A stretch of 64,000 nucleotides of DNA from an uncultured bacterium. GTDB taxonomy: Bacteria; Patescibacteriota; Minisyncoccia; Phycocordibacterales; GWA1-40-21. The position numbers were made by a program, and so were the translations under genes. Below, piece after piece: positions 28,815-37,556 of this stretch (position 1 is the stretch's first letter; every line of letters begins with the position of its first letter). The notes under the pieces were generated by a model. The model saw nothing but the letters and a program-made list of their open reading frames with translations, did no database searches and was not told the DNA's origin. Location: contig OY970290.1 in assembly GCA_963716205.1 (NCBI GenBank), positions 175,417-239,416 of the forward strand. The letters are read 5' to 3'.

Positions 28815-29519
28815 ATGCAACCGGATTTCTCAAAATTTGAAAAGACCATAGGAATAATCTTCAAGGATAAAAATCTCTTGAAGCAGGCTTTTACACATCG
28901 TTCATATTTGAATGAACACCGCGATCGCGAGCTCGTCCACAATGAACGTCTTGAATTTCTCGGCGACGCGGTGCTTGAGCTTATCGTGACTGAATATCTT
29001 TACCATAAATATCCGGATCAGACCGAGGGCGATCTAACTTCATATCGCTCGGCGCTCGTCAACGCCGTAACACTTTCCGATGCTGCAAGCAAAATCGACA
29101 TGAATGATTTTTTGCTTTTGTCAAAAGGCGAAGCGAAAGATATCGGCAAAGCAAGACAAATAATTCTGGCAAACACAATCGAAGCTTTGATTGGCGCAAT
29201 TTTCCTCGACCAAGGATACGAGACGGCAAAATATTTTATTTCAAACAACATTTTCATGCTGGTGGAAAAAATCGTCGAGGACAAAAGCTGGCTTGATGCC
29301 AAAAGCGAATTTCAGGAAAAAGCGCAGGATAACGAAGGTATTACGCCGTCATACAAAACGTTGAAAGAAGAAGGTCCGGATCACGACAAGAAATTCACCG
29401 TCGGAGTGTATTTGGAAGAGAAAAAAATTGCGGAAGGGGAAGGAAAGTCGAAGCAGGAAGCTGAACAGCTTGCCGCCAAAGCAGCACTCGAAGTGAAAGG
29501 ATGGGAAAATAATAAATAA
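28815..29519 (+). CDS. rnc: ribonuclease III
   Basis: Start ATG 28815 (MQPDFSKFEK...); RNase III signature ERLEFLGDAVLELIVTEYLY, C-terminal dsRBD (KSKQEAEQLAAKAALE). Confidence 0.9.
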   Translation: MQPDFSKFEKTIGIIFKDKNLLKQAFTHRSYLNEHRDRELVHNERLEFLGDAVLELIVTEYLYHKYPDQTEGDLTSYRSALVNAVTLSDAASKIDMNDFLLLSKGEAKDIGKARQIILANTIEALIGAIFLDQGYETAKYFISNNIFMLVEKIVEDKSWLDAKSEFQEKAQDNEGITPSYKTLKEEGPDHDKKFTVGVYLEEKKIAEGEGKSKQEAEQLAAKAALEVKGWENNK

Positions 29520-29520
29520 T

Positions 29521-29820
29521 ATGACTGAAAATTTTGATCCAAAAAAAGAAATTGGTCCTGAAGATAAAAAAGAAGTTTTTTTCCTGCTAGCCAGAATAAA
29601 GAATTTTTATTCACTAGAAGAAATTTATCCTCGAGCGAAAGAAATCGAAAAAAAAATAAAATCCAAAGGTGTAAAACCTGATCATTATAAACTATGGCAC
29701 ATGTTACTCGGAAGCACTATGACTCCAGAAGATGCACGAGACCTTCCGCTTGATACAGAGGAAAAAGATATCTTCAAAGAAATCCAAGCTACTTTTCTAT
29801 TGGAAGATAATATACAATAA
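29521..29820 (+). CDS. hypothetical small acidic protein
   Basis: 99 aa ORF starting 1 nt after rnc stop; no motif. Confidence 0.35.
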   Translation: MTENFDPKKEIGPEDKKEVFFLLARIKNFYSLEEIYPRAKEIEKKIKSKGVKPDHYKLWHMLLGSTMTPEDARDLPLDTEEKDIFKEIQATFLLEDNIQ

Positions 29821-29826
29821 ACAATC

Positions 29827-30075
29827 ATGAAAGAAGGATTTGAACAATCAGAAAATTTATCAGAAAAACAGCAGGAAATGCTCAATGCTTTTTCTAAGGA
29901 AGTCTTGCCACTCATCATACAGCTGAAGCAAACGAATGATTCAAGTTTTTCTGAACAGATTTTTGAAGCAACACGAGATTTCAAAGATGCACTCAAAAAA
30001 GAGGATATTTTTATTCCTGATAATCAGATAGAAAAAGTAATTCAAGATCTCTATAATGTCCAAGAAGCCGCCTAA
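29827..30075 (+). CDS. hypothetical small protein
   Basis: 82 aa ORF followed by hairpin gccgcc-taaa-ggcggt + T-run (30067-30092). Confidence 0.35.
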   Translation: MKEGFEQSENLSEKQQEMLNAFSKEVLPLIIQLKQTNDSSFSEQIFEATRDFKDALKKEDIFIPDNQIEKVIQDLYNVQEAA

Positions 30076-30132
30076 AGGCGGTTTTTTTATTTCAAAAATC
30101 TGGTAGAATGGACACTATAATATTTACCAGTA

Positions 30133-32415
30133 ATGTACTTAAAGAGCATCGAAATTTCCGGATTCAAGTCGTTTGGCAAAAAAAGCTCGCTTGATTTCAA
30201 CGTACCCATTTCTGCCATTGTCGGTCCCAACGGCTCAGGCAAGTCCAATGTCGCGGAAGCATTCCGTTTTGTTTTGGGCGAGCAATCCATCAAATCTTTG
30301 CGCGGCAAACGTGCGGAGGATCTCATTTTCAACGGCGGCAAAGACGCAGCTCGTTCCAACCGCGCTTCAGTAAAATTGGTTTTTAATAATATCCAAAGAA
30401 TTCTCAATATTGATTTTGACGAAGTTGCGATCGAGCGCGTGGTGAACCGCGATTCTTCCAGCGAATATTTGATCAATGACTCGCCGGTGCGCCTTAAAGA
30501 TATCATCGAGATGCTTGCTTCCGCGCATATCGGAGCATCAGGACATCAGATTATTTCTCAAGGTGAAGCAGACAAAATTCTCAATGCAAACATGCGCGAG
30601 CGACGGGAAATGATAGAGGACGCGCTTTCACTGAAAATTTTCCAATATAAAAAAGAAGAAAGTCAAAGAAAACTCGAGAAGACCGAAGAAAATATCAAAC
30701 AAGTCGAATCATTGCGCCGTGAGATCGCTCCGCATATCAAATTTCTTAAAAAGCAGGTAGAAAAGATTGAGAAAACGGTGGAGATGAAAAACAATTTGGT
30801 TTCTCAATACCATGAATATTTCCGCCGAGAAGAAACGTATATTGATTTTGAAAAGAAAAATATTTCCGCTGAAAAGATACCACTTGTTTCCATAAAAGAA
30901 AAATTGGAAAAAGATCTGGCAGAGGCAAGACAAGTGCTTGCAAGCTCGTCATCAAAGGATCAGAAGTCCGACGAAGTTATGCATGTCGAAGGGAAGCTCA
31001 AGGATATTCGCACGGAGAAAGATTTGCTAACACGCGCCATCGGCAGGATTGAAGGGGAAATTTCATCGCTCGTAAGACTTGTGAAAAAACAGCAGGAAGC
31101 GAGCACGAATGCATTGCATAAGACCGTGGAGCTTGGAAGCGTAGAAAATCTTGCGAAGGAAATTGATCTGGAAATAGACAGCGTGATGCAGAGTTCGGAC
31201 GCCGGCAAGATAAAAGAAATTTTCGCATCGATCAAGAAAATTCTGAAAAATTTCATTGAGAAACATAAAGAGACAGAGGCAAAGCAGGAAATCAACGATC
31301 TCGAAGATGAGATCAAAAAGCTTGAGACAGAAAAGAAAGGATATGAAAGTAAAATTGCCGAGACGAGCAAATCTGAAACGGAATTAAGTGAGCAATATAC
31401 CTTTCTCAAAAATGAAATTGAAAAAGAGCGCGATTCAAACCGTGATGCAGAGAAAGCGATGTTTCGGATTGTTGCCGAGCAGAATGACATTCGCGGCAAG
31501 CTGGCAACTATTGAAAATAGGGAAGCGCGACTGCGGCATGACGAGGAAGAATTGAAACGGGAACTTTCGGAAGGCTCGATGCTCGTCGGTGTTTCCGCCT
31601 TGCATTATAAGGATTTCTGGCCGACCAATGAAAGCGGTGCGACACTTTCTGTCGAGGAAATTGTAAAGGAAGACAGACAAATGCAGGAGGACCGACACCG
31701 TGCGATTGAAAAAATAAAAATCCGTTTGGAGGATGCCGGAGTTGCCGGAGGTGATGAGATCGTCAAAGAATTCAAAGAGACCGAGGAACGGGATACATTC
31801 CTTGCGCGTGAATTGGAAGACTTGATCAAGTCAGCAGAATCATTGAAAAACCTGATCAAAGAGCTTGATGAAAAATTGACCAGCGAGTTCAAGATCGGTG
31901 TTACAAAAATAAACAATGAATTCCAGAAATTCTTCTCGGCGATGTTTGGCGGCGGCTCGGCGGCACTTTCTGTGATGAAAGAAAAAAAGCGAAAGAAGTC
32001 AGATACCGAATTACCGATGGGTGATGATGAAGAAGAATTGGTTGAAGAAGAGGAAGGCGATGAAGGATTGGAAATCGAAGTTTCACTTCCACGTAAAAAG
32101 ATCAAGGGTCTGATGATGCTCTCAGGCGGCGAGCGTGCGCTCACATCGATCGCGCTTCTCTTTGCTATCTCTGCGGTCAATCCGCCACCATTTATCATTC
32201 TTGATGAGACGGATGCCGCGCTTGACGAGGCGAACTCTAAAAAATATGGCGATATGATCTCCGAGCTTTCCAAATATTCCCAGCTCATTCTCATTACCCA
32301 CAATCGCGAGACGATGGCCCGTGCCGGTGTCATCTACGGCGTGACCATGGGCGCCGACGGCGTCTCCCGCCTCCTTTCCATTCAGTTTGAAGAAGCAGTG
32401 CAGGTGGCGAAGTAA
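30133..32415 (+). CDS. smc: SMC-family chromosome partition ATPase, short form (no recognisable hinge)
   Basis: 760 aa; N-terminal Walker A MYLKSIEISGFKSFGKK...VGPNGSGKSNV, long Glu/Lys coiled-coil, C-terminal signature LSGGERALTSIALLFAI and Walker B FIILDETDAALD. Confidence 0.7.
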   Translation: MYLKSIEISGFKSFGKKSSLDFNVPISAIVGPNGSGKSNVAEAFRFVLGEQSIKSLRGKRAEDLIFNGGKDAARSNRASVKLVFNNIQRILNIDFDEVAIERVVNRDSSSEYLINDSPVRLKDIIEMLASAHIGASGHQIISQGEADKILNANMRERREMIEDALSLKIFQYKKEESQRKLEKTEENIKQVESLRREIAPHIKFLKKQVEKIEKTVEMKNNLVSQYHEYFRREETYIDFEKKNISAEKIPLVSIKEKLEKDLAEARQVLASSSSKDQKSDEVMHVEGKLKDIRTEKDLLTRAIGRIEGEISSLVRLVKKQQEASTNALHKTVELGSVENLAKEIDLEIDSVMQSSDAGKIKEIFASIKKILKNFIEKHKETEAKQEINDLEDEIKKLETEKKGYESKIAETSKSETELSEQYTFLKNEIEKERDSNRDAEKAMFRIVAEQNDIRGKLATIENREARLRHDEEELKRELSEGSMLVGVSALHYKDFWPTNESGATLSVEEIVKEDRQMQEDRHRAIEKIKIRLEDAGVAGGDEIVKEFKETEERDTFLARELEDLIKSAESLKNLIKELDEKLTSEFKIGVTKINNEFQKFFSAMFGGGSAALSVMKEKKRKKSDTELPMGDDEEELVEEEEGDEGLEIEVSLPRKKIKGLMMLSGGERALTSIALLFAISAVNPPPFIILDETDAALDEANSKKYGDMISELSKYSQLILITHNRETMARAGVIYGVTMGADGVSRLLSIQFEEAVQVAK

Positions 32416-32611
32416 GAATTAACATTAATTTAAGCCATATTTTAACTATTGACAATATATATTATCTATGCTACTATCTTAAGGCAGTTCTTTACAATGA
32501 ATTATTACATCAGCGATTTGGTCGAATAAGATATTTTACTAAGTCGCTGCTGTAATAGTGGCGTGTCAGGAGGAGCGATCTTCCGACATTCTTCTGTAAG
32601 AGGAGAGAAAA

Positions 32612-33055
32612 ATGGAAAAAAAATCAGAAGTTCATGCCTTGGAATATGCCGTCGTTGAGTTCTTAGTCGAGTTGCGTTTATTCCTTTATCACAATACAGA
32701 CGCAGTCAAAGTTGCTTTAACGGAATTGGATCTTGGCCGATGTGGGTTAAAAATTTCCACTGAAAAGGAAACCGACGACAGCCAAGATGACATGAGGATA
32801 GCAACGGTTCATTCTACTGGGTGGAACGACGATCAATTCTTTGAAATTCATTTCAAGAAGGATGAAATGGGTTGGCATGTCAAATCAGGTGCAGTTGAGG
32901 GATTTCGTGAATTTTTCAGGCTGTTTGACTGGGCTGGCGATGAAAAAATTTATTTTTCATGCTATCTTTGCCCGGCAACACATAAGTTTGAAAAACTGAG
33001 CTTTCAAACCCTTATCGGCGCAGAACGAACGTATCAAGTTACTAAAAAGGTTTAA
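32612..33055 (+). CDS. hypothetical protein
   Basis: 147 aa ORF with AGGAGAGA SD and upstream TTGACA-17-TACTAT promoter-like sequence (32449-32477); no motif. Confidence 0.4.
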   Translation: MEKKSEVHALEYAVVEFLVELRLFLYHNTDAVKVALTELDLGRCGLKISTEKETDDSQDDMRIATVHSTGWNDDQFFEIHFKKDEMGWHVKSGAVEGFREFFRLFDWAGDEKIYFSCYLCPATHKFEKLSFQTLIGAERTYQVTKKV

Positions 33056-33102
33056 GCAAACCTCTAAATAGCTTACATCAGACCGAAAGGTTTGGTGTTT
33101 TT

Positions 33103-35100
33103 TTATTCTCCAACTATCTCGTAATCCATCTGCCGCTTGTCCAAATCTGCGGAGACGAGTTTGATTTTCACTTTTTGTCCGAGCGAATAGACTTTTTTAT
33201 TTTTTTCTCCGACGATCGCATATTTTTTTGGATCAAGCACGTAGAAATCATCAGTGAGCGAGGAGAGCTTGATCATACCTTCGGCTTTTGTTTCCGTATC
33301 CTCGGCATAGATGCCCCATTCGGCGACGCCGGTGATCTGACCGTTGAAAGTTTGCCCGACTTTGTCGAGCATATATTCGATCTGTTTGTACTTTCTGCCA
33401 TCGCGCTCGGCTTCGGCGGCCTTGATCTCTTGTTCGGTCGAGTGAGAGCAGGCGTTTTCATAAAAGGAAATATTTTTCTCGGAGAGTGCGTGCTCGCTTA
33501 AAATATTGGCAAGCATGCGGTGCACGAGCATGTCCGGATAGCGGCGGATGGGCGAGGTGAAATGCGCGTAATATTCGAATGCGAGACCGAAGTGTCCGAT
33601 ATTTTTTACGGAGTAGATCGCTTTTGACATGGAGCGGATTGCCGCGGTTTTGACGAGGGCTTCCTCGGCTTTGCCTTCCACTTGAGCAAAAAGCGCCTGC
33701 ATGTCTTTGCCGGTTATCGAGCCATTTTTGCCGATCACGAGCTCATGACCAAGTGCTTTGACGAATACGGAAAGCTCCGCAATGCGTTCTCGGTCCGGGA
33801 AATCATGGATACGGTACGGAAGCGGGAAGCTCTTGCCGGATTTTTTCTCCGCCTTATAGACAAACTCCGCAACTTCTTTGTTTGCTAGAAGCATGTATTG
33901 CTCGACGAGCTTGTGAGTATCGAGATGCTCTTTTTTGTAAATCCGGATCGGCTTGCCAGTCTCATCGAGCTCAAAAGCGATCTCTTCTTGTTCAAAATCG
34001 ATCGCGCCTTTTTGCCATTTTTCTTTTTGCAGAAGTTTTGCAAGCCTGTTGAGCTCCGTTAGCTCTGCATGATACTCGCGAGACGGATTGTTGATCGCAT
34101 CTTGCGCGCTTTCATAAGTAAAGCGCTTGTTGGAATTGATGACAGTGCGCCCGAACCATTTTGAGTGAACATACGCCTTTGCGTCTATTTCAAATATCGC
34201 GGAGAAGGCGAGCTTGTCTTCGTTTTCATTGAGCGAACAGAGCTCATCCGAAAGCTCAAAGGGAAGCATGGGAATGGTCCGGTCAGGCAAATACACCGAA
34301 CAGCCACGTTTGTACGCTTCTTTATCGAGCTCGCTTTTTTCTTTTACATAATGCGAGACGTCGGCAATATGCACGCCGATCTCATAATTGCCATTCGGAA
34401 GCTTTTTGAATGAAATAGCATCGTCGAAATCTTTTGCAGTTTTCGGGTCGATGGTCGCGGTGAGCGTGCTTCGCATATCGCGCCTCTTTGCAATCTCTTC
34501 TGCCGGCACTTTTCGATTTTCTTCAAATATTTTTTTTGATTCCGCAAGAACTTTTTCCGGAAAGGTATATTCAAAGCCGCGGTCAAGTGCCATGGAATTC
34601 ATTTCGGTCGAATTGTCGCCTTTTTTGCCAAGGATAGTGACGATTTCTGCTTTCGAATTATTCGGCCATCCGACCCATTTGGTAATCTTCACACGAACTT
34701 TATCTTTATCTTCTGCCTTACTCGCTTTTTCTTTGGGAATGAAAACAGAAAGTTTTAGTTTCTTGTCATCAGGAATGAATTGAATACCTTTCGAGGAGAT
34801 TTCAATTGTGCCGACAAAAAGTGTTTTCGCCCGGCTGATTATTTTTGAAACTTCACCTTCCATTTTCCCGGCTTTATTTTTTTTGAAATAGACTGCAACC
34901 TCGACAGTATCGCCAGACATTGCGGTTTTCAGCTGGCGTGTGGAAATCTCCACCTCGGTTTTTTTATCAGCGGTAATAAAATAGGCAACATTGCCTCTGA
35001 TCGCTTTTATCGTGCCCGTCAAAACTGTACCTTCTCCACCCTTCAGTTTTTGAAAATGTGTATGTTTGCGGTCGCTTCCGGATTTGTTGTGTCGTTCCAT
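33103..35100 (-). CDS. rnr: ribonuclease R (RNB-family 3'-5' exoribonuclease)
   Basis: 665 aa; N-terminal cold-shock/OB region, RNB catalytic domain (DFDDAISF..., HFGLAFEYYAHFTSPIRRYPDMLVHR), C-terminal S1 domain. Confidence 0.9.
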   Translation of the reverse strand: MERHNKSGSDRKHTHFQKLKGGEGTVLTGTIKAIRGNVAYFITADKKTEVEISTRQLKTAMSGDTVEVAVYFKKNKAGKMEGEVSKIISRAKTLFVGTIEISSKGIQFIPDDKKLKLSVFIPKEKASKAEDKDKVRVKITKWVGWPNNSKAEIVTILGKKGDNSTEMNSMALDRGFEYTFPEKVLAESKKIFEENRKVPAEEIAKRRDMRSTLTATIDPKTAKDFDDAISFKKLPNGNYEIGVHIADVSHYVKEKSELDKEAYKRGCSVYLPDRTIPMLPFELSDELCSLNENEDKLAFSAIFEIDAKAYVHSKWFGRTVINSNKRFTYESAQDAINNPSREYHAELTELNRLAKLLQKEKWQKGAIDFEQEEIAFELDETGKPIRIYKKEHLDTHKLVEQYMLLANKEVAEFVYKAEKKSGKSFPLPYRIHDFPDRERIAELSVFVKALGHELVIGKNGSITGKDMQALFAQVEGKAEEALVKTAAIRSMSKAIYSVKNIGHFGLAFEYYAHFTSPIRRYPDMLVHRMLANILSEHALSEKNISFYENACSHSTEQEIKAAEAERDGRKYKQIEYMLDKVGQTFNGQITGVAEWGIYAEDTETKAEGMIKLSSLTDDFYVLDPKKYAIVGEKNKKVYSLGQKVKIKLVSADLDKRQMDYEIVGE

Positions 35101-35183
35101 GAAAGCATTATGATAGCAGAAAAAGAGTTACTTGTATATTCACCTTGCAAATTTGGCGTTTTTTGCTAGTATAGCGCCTACAT

Positions 35184-35588
35184 ATGTTAATAATCAGATT
35201 ACAGCGGGTAGGAAGAGTCCACGAGCCGGTTTTCCGTATCGTTCTTACCGATTCAAAATTCGGACCAAAATCCGGCAAACCCGTCGAGGTTCTCGGCTCG
35301 TATGATGCGCGAAAAGGAAAGGGAACAAATAAAATTGACGCCGAGAAAGCAAAATATTGGATCTCAAAGGGCGCGCAGGTTTCCGAGACAGTCCATAATT
35401 TCCTCGTTGATCAAAAAATCATTTCCGGAAAGAAGATCAACGTTCTCCCAAAGAATAAAATCATCAACGCCAAAAAGGCAAAGGAGGCAGAAGAAGCCGC
35501 AAAGAAAGCAAAAGAAGCACCTGCGCCAGCGGAAGCTCCGGCAGCCGCCGCAGAGCCAGTAGCAGAAGCGGCACCAGCACAAGCATAA
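35184..35588 (+). CDS. rpsP: 30S ribosomal protein S16 with Ala/Lys-rich C-terminal extension
   Basis: 134 aa; MLIIRLQRVGRVHEPVFRIVLTDSKFGPKSGKPVEVLGSYDARKGK S16 signature. Confidence 0.9.
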   Translation: MLIIRLQRVGRVHEPVFRIVLTDSKFGPKSGKPVEVLGSYDARKGKGTNKIDAEKAKYWISKGAQVSETVHNFLVDQKIISGKKINVLPKNKIINAKKAKEAEEAAKKAKEAPAPAEAPAAAAEPVAEAAPAQA

Positions 35589-35604
35589 AACAAAAAATTC
35601 CGCT

Positions 35605-36027
35605 TTGCGGAATTTTTTCATTATGATAAACTTCAAACAAGCAGTTTTATTACATAATCCGCTGGACGAACTGCTGCGGATTTCAGAACATAATGCAATG
35701 GCAGAACAAGATGCAAAATTCCTGGAGCTTGTCATAAAGTCTCTGGTTGATTCGCCGGATAAGGTGAAAATTACAAGAACAGTGGATGAGATGGGCGTAC
35801 TGCTTACTCTCGTCGTCGACAATGCTGATATGGGCAAAGTCATCGGACGATCGGGCAATACCGCAAAAGCAATCAGAACGCTTTTGAGAGTTGTCGGAAT
35901 GAAAAACAATTCCCGCGTGAATTTGAAGATTGAAGAGCCGGAAGGCGTCGCGCCGAGAATGGCGACAGTCTCAAAGGAACAGCAGACAAAGACCGTCGAT
36001 GAAGCGATGGCAGATTTGAAATTATAA
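35605..36027 (+). CDS. KH-domain RNA-binding protein (YlqC/UPF0109-like)
   Basis: VVDNADMGKVIGRSGNTAKAIRTLLRVVG = KH GxxG loop; conserved position after rpsP; alternative start ATG 35623. Confidence 0.7.
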   Translation: MRNFFIMINFKQAVLLHNPLDELLRISEHNAMAEQDAKFLELVIKSLVDSPDKVKITRTVDEMGVLLTLVVDNADMGKVIGRSGNTAKAIRTLLRVVGMKNNSRVNLKIEEPEGVAPRMATVSKEQQTKTVDEAMADLKL

Positions 36028-36046
36028 TTTTAAATTCAAAATAGAA

Positions 36047-36080
36047 AAAGAGCGGCGCCTACAGCGCCGCTCTTTTTATT
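36047..36080. terminator. rho-independent terminator (agagcggcgcc stem family, copy 3)
   Basis: aaaagagcggcgc-ctaca-gcgccgctctttttatt after the KH gene. Confidence 0.65.
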
Positions 36081-36115
36081 TGTATTTTTTCATTTTTTAT
36101 TGTATTTTGAATCTA

Positions 36116-36832
36116 ATGAATTTCCATATCATCACCTTGTTTCCGGAATCCTTCAGCTCATATCTCAATGAGTCGATCTTGGCGCGTGCACAGGAAAATA
36201 AAAAAATAAAATTTTCTTTCTATAATCCCCGCGAAGTTGTCATTCCGACAAAAGCACAGAAGAAAAATAAAAAGCCTTATTTGCGAGTGGACGATAAGCC
36301 ATATGGGGGCGGAGCAGGAATGGTATTGCAAGCGGAACCTATTTTGAAAACGTTTGCAAAGGTTGAGAAAAAAATGAAAAGCAAAAAAAGAAAAGTCGTC
36401 ATTTTTTCCGCAAAAGGGAAATTTTTCAACCAGAAAATCGCCTATGACTGGGCGAAAAAATATGAAGAAATCGTTTTTATCACCGGCCGTTACGAAGGCA
36501 TTGATGAGCGGGTGAAGGATGCTCTGAAAGCTGAAGAAATTTCAATCGGTCCGTATGTACTCACGGATGGAGACGTTGCTGCAATGGTTGTTTCTTCTGC
36601 TGTAGCCAGGCTTGTGCCGGGCGTTATCAGATTGGAATCGCTCAAGGAAGAGTCATACTGGAATTTATTATTAAAGAAAGAGAAAGACGGGGCGATCGGT
36701 GAGAATGGTTTGGAATATCCGCATTATACTCGACCGGAAGTTTTGGTTTATAAAGGCAAAAAATATTCCGTGCCGAAAGTTTTACTCTCCGGCAATCACA
36801 AAAAGATTGAGGAGTGGAGAAAAAACAAATAA
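36116..36832 (+). CDS. trmD: tRNA (guanine37-N1)-methyltransferase
   Basis: Start ATG 36116 (MNFHIITLFPESF...); YGGGAGMVL and SPOUT-knot GRYEGIDERV motifs. Confidence 0.85.
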   Translation: MNFHIITLFPESFSSYLNESILARAQENKKIKFSFYNPREVVIPTKAQKKNKKPYLRVDDKPYGGGAGMVLQAEPILKTFAKVEKKMKSKKRKVVIFSAKGKFFNQKIAYDWAKKYEEIVFITGRYEGIDERVKDALKAEEISIGPYVLTDGDVAAMVVSSAVARLVPGVIRLESLKEESYWNLLLKKEKDGAIGENGLEYPHYTRPEVLVYKGKKYSVPKVLLSGNHKKIEEWRKNK

Positions 36833-36872
36833 AAAAGCCCTGCAAAGAAAAGCGGGGCTTTTGCTTGAAAAA

Positions 36873-37220
36873 TCAAATAGGATGTTTTTTGAGAAAATTT
36901 TTTAAAACATAGTCTAACGATTCTTTGGCCTCTTTGTTGAGGCCAGCGAGAAATTCGTTATCAAAAAGGACTTCTTTCTCGTAAAATCTGTATCTCTCAT
37001 CCTCAACCTTGGTGATTTTTTCTCCTGCATCTCGAAATAAACCAGGATAATTGATCATCGCTGAGTCGATCGAATCTTCCGAGATATCAATTAACAGATC
37101 AGAATCTTTCATCAACAGCTCGTCTCTGAACCTGCGAATCTCGGAAAGTTTGATTTCTTTCATTCCCAGTTTTATGGTCAGAAGCGCAAGGATACTGTCC
37201 GCCTCTAATTTGTAATGCAT
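36873..37220 (-). CDS. hypothetical protein
   Basis: 115 aa minus-strand ORF, no motif. Confidence 0.35.
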   Translation of the reverse strand: MHYKLEADSILALLTIKLGMKEIKLSEIRRFRDELLMKDSDLLIDISEDSIDSAMINYPGLFRDAGEKITKVEDERYRFYEKEVLFDNEFLAGLNKEAKESLDYVLKNFLKKHPI

Positions 37221-37433
37221 AACAACCTCCTGATACTTTCGATTTTATGTGATTGAACTACCGACTTAATATTAGCATATAAAAGAATTTTTCAAAATGA
37301 AGGAAAAATAAAATTCCAAAAAATTATTTTTGAGTTATCAACAGTTTTTTTGTTTTCGCTCTGTCATATATTGCAGCTGGTGATACAATTTAAGTGAAAG
37401 TCGATTATTAGCAACTAATATAATCTTACTCCC

Positions 37434-37499
37434 ATGAAGAAAAAAATGAAGAAAGCTACAAAGAAGACCACGAAGAAAGCAAAGAAAGGAAAAAGATAG
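37434..37499 (+). CDS. tiny lysine-rich peptide ORF (21 aa) with its own terminator; speculative
   Basis: ATG...TAG encoding MKKKMKKATKKTTKKAKKGKR, followed by perfect terminator aaaacatccgc-acaa-gcggatgtttt + T-run (37505-37536); no SD. Confidence 0.2.
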   Translation: MKKKMKKATKKTTKKAKKGKR

Positions 37500-37504
37500 T
37501 TCGA

Positions 37505-37536
37505 AAAACATCCGCACAAGCGGATGTTTTGATTTT
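37505..37536 (+). terminator. rho-independent terminator
   Basis: aaaacatccgc-acaa-gcggatgttttgatttt. Confidence 0.6.
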
Positions 37537-37556
37537 GTGTATGCTAGAATGTTTCC

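Noticed and set aside
30960-32333. Minus-strand ORFs (179 aa and 242 aa) antisense to smc
   Set aside because: Ser-rich low-complexity products mirroring the Glu/Lys-rich coiled-coil codons of smc; no independent signals.
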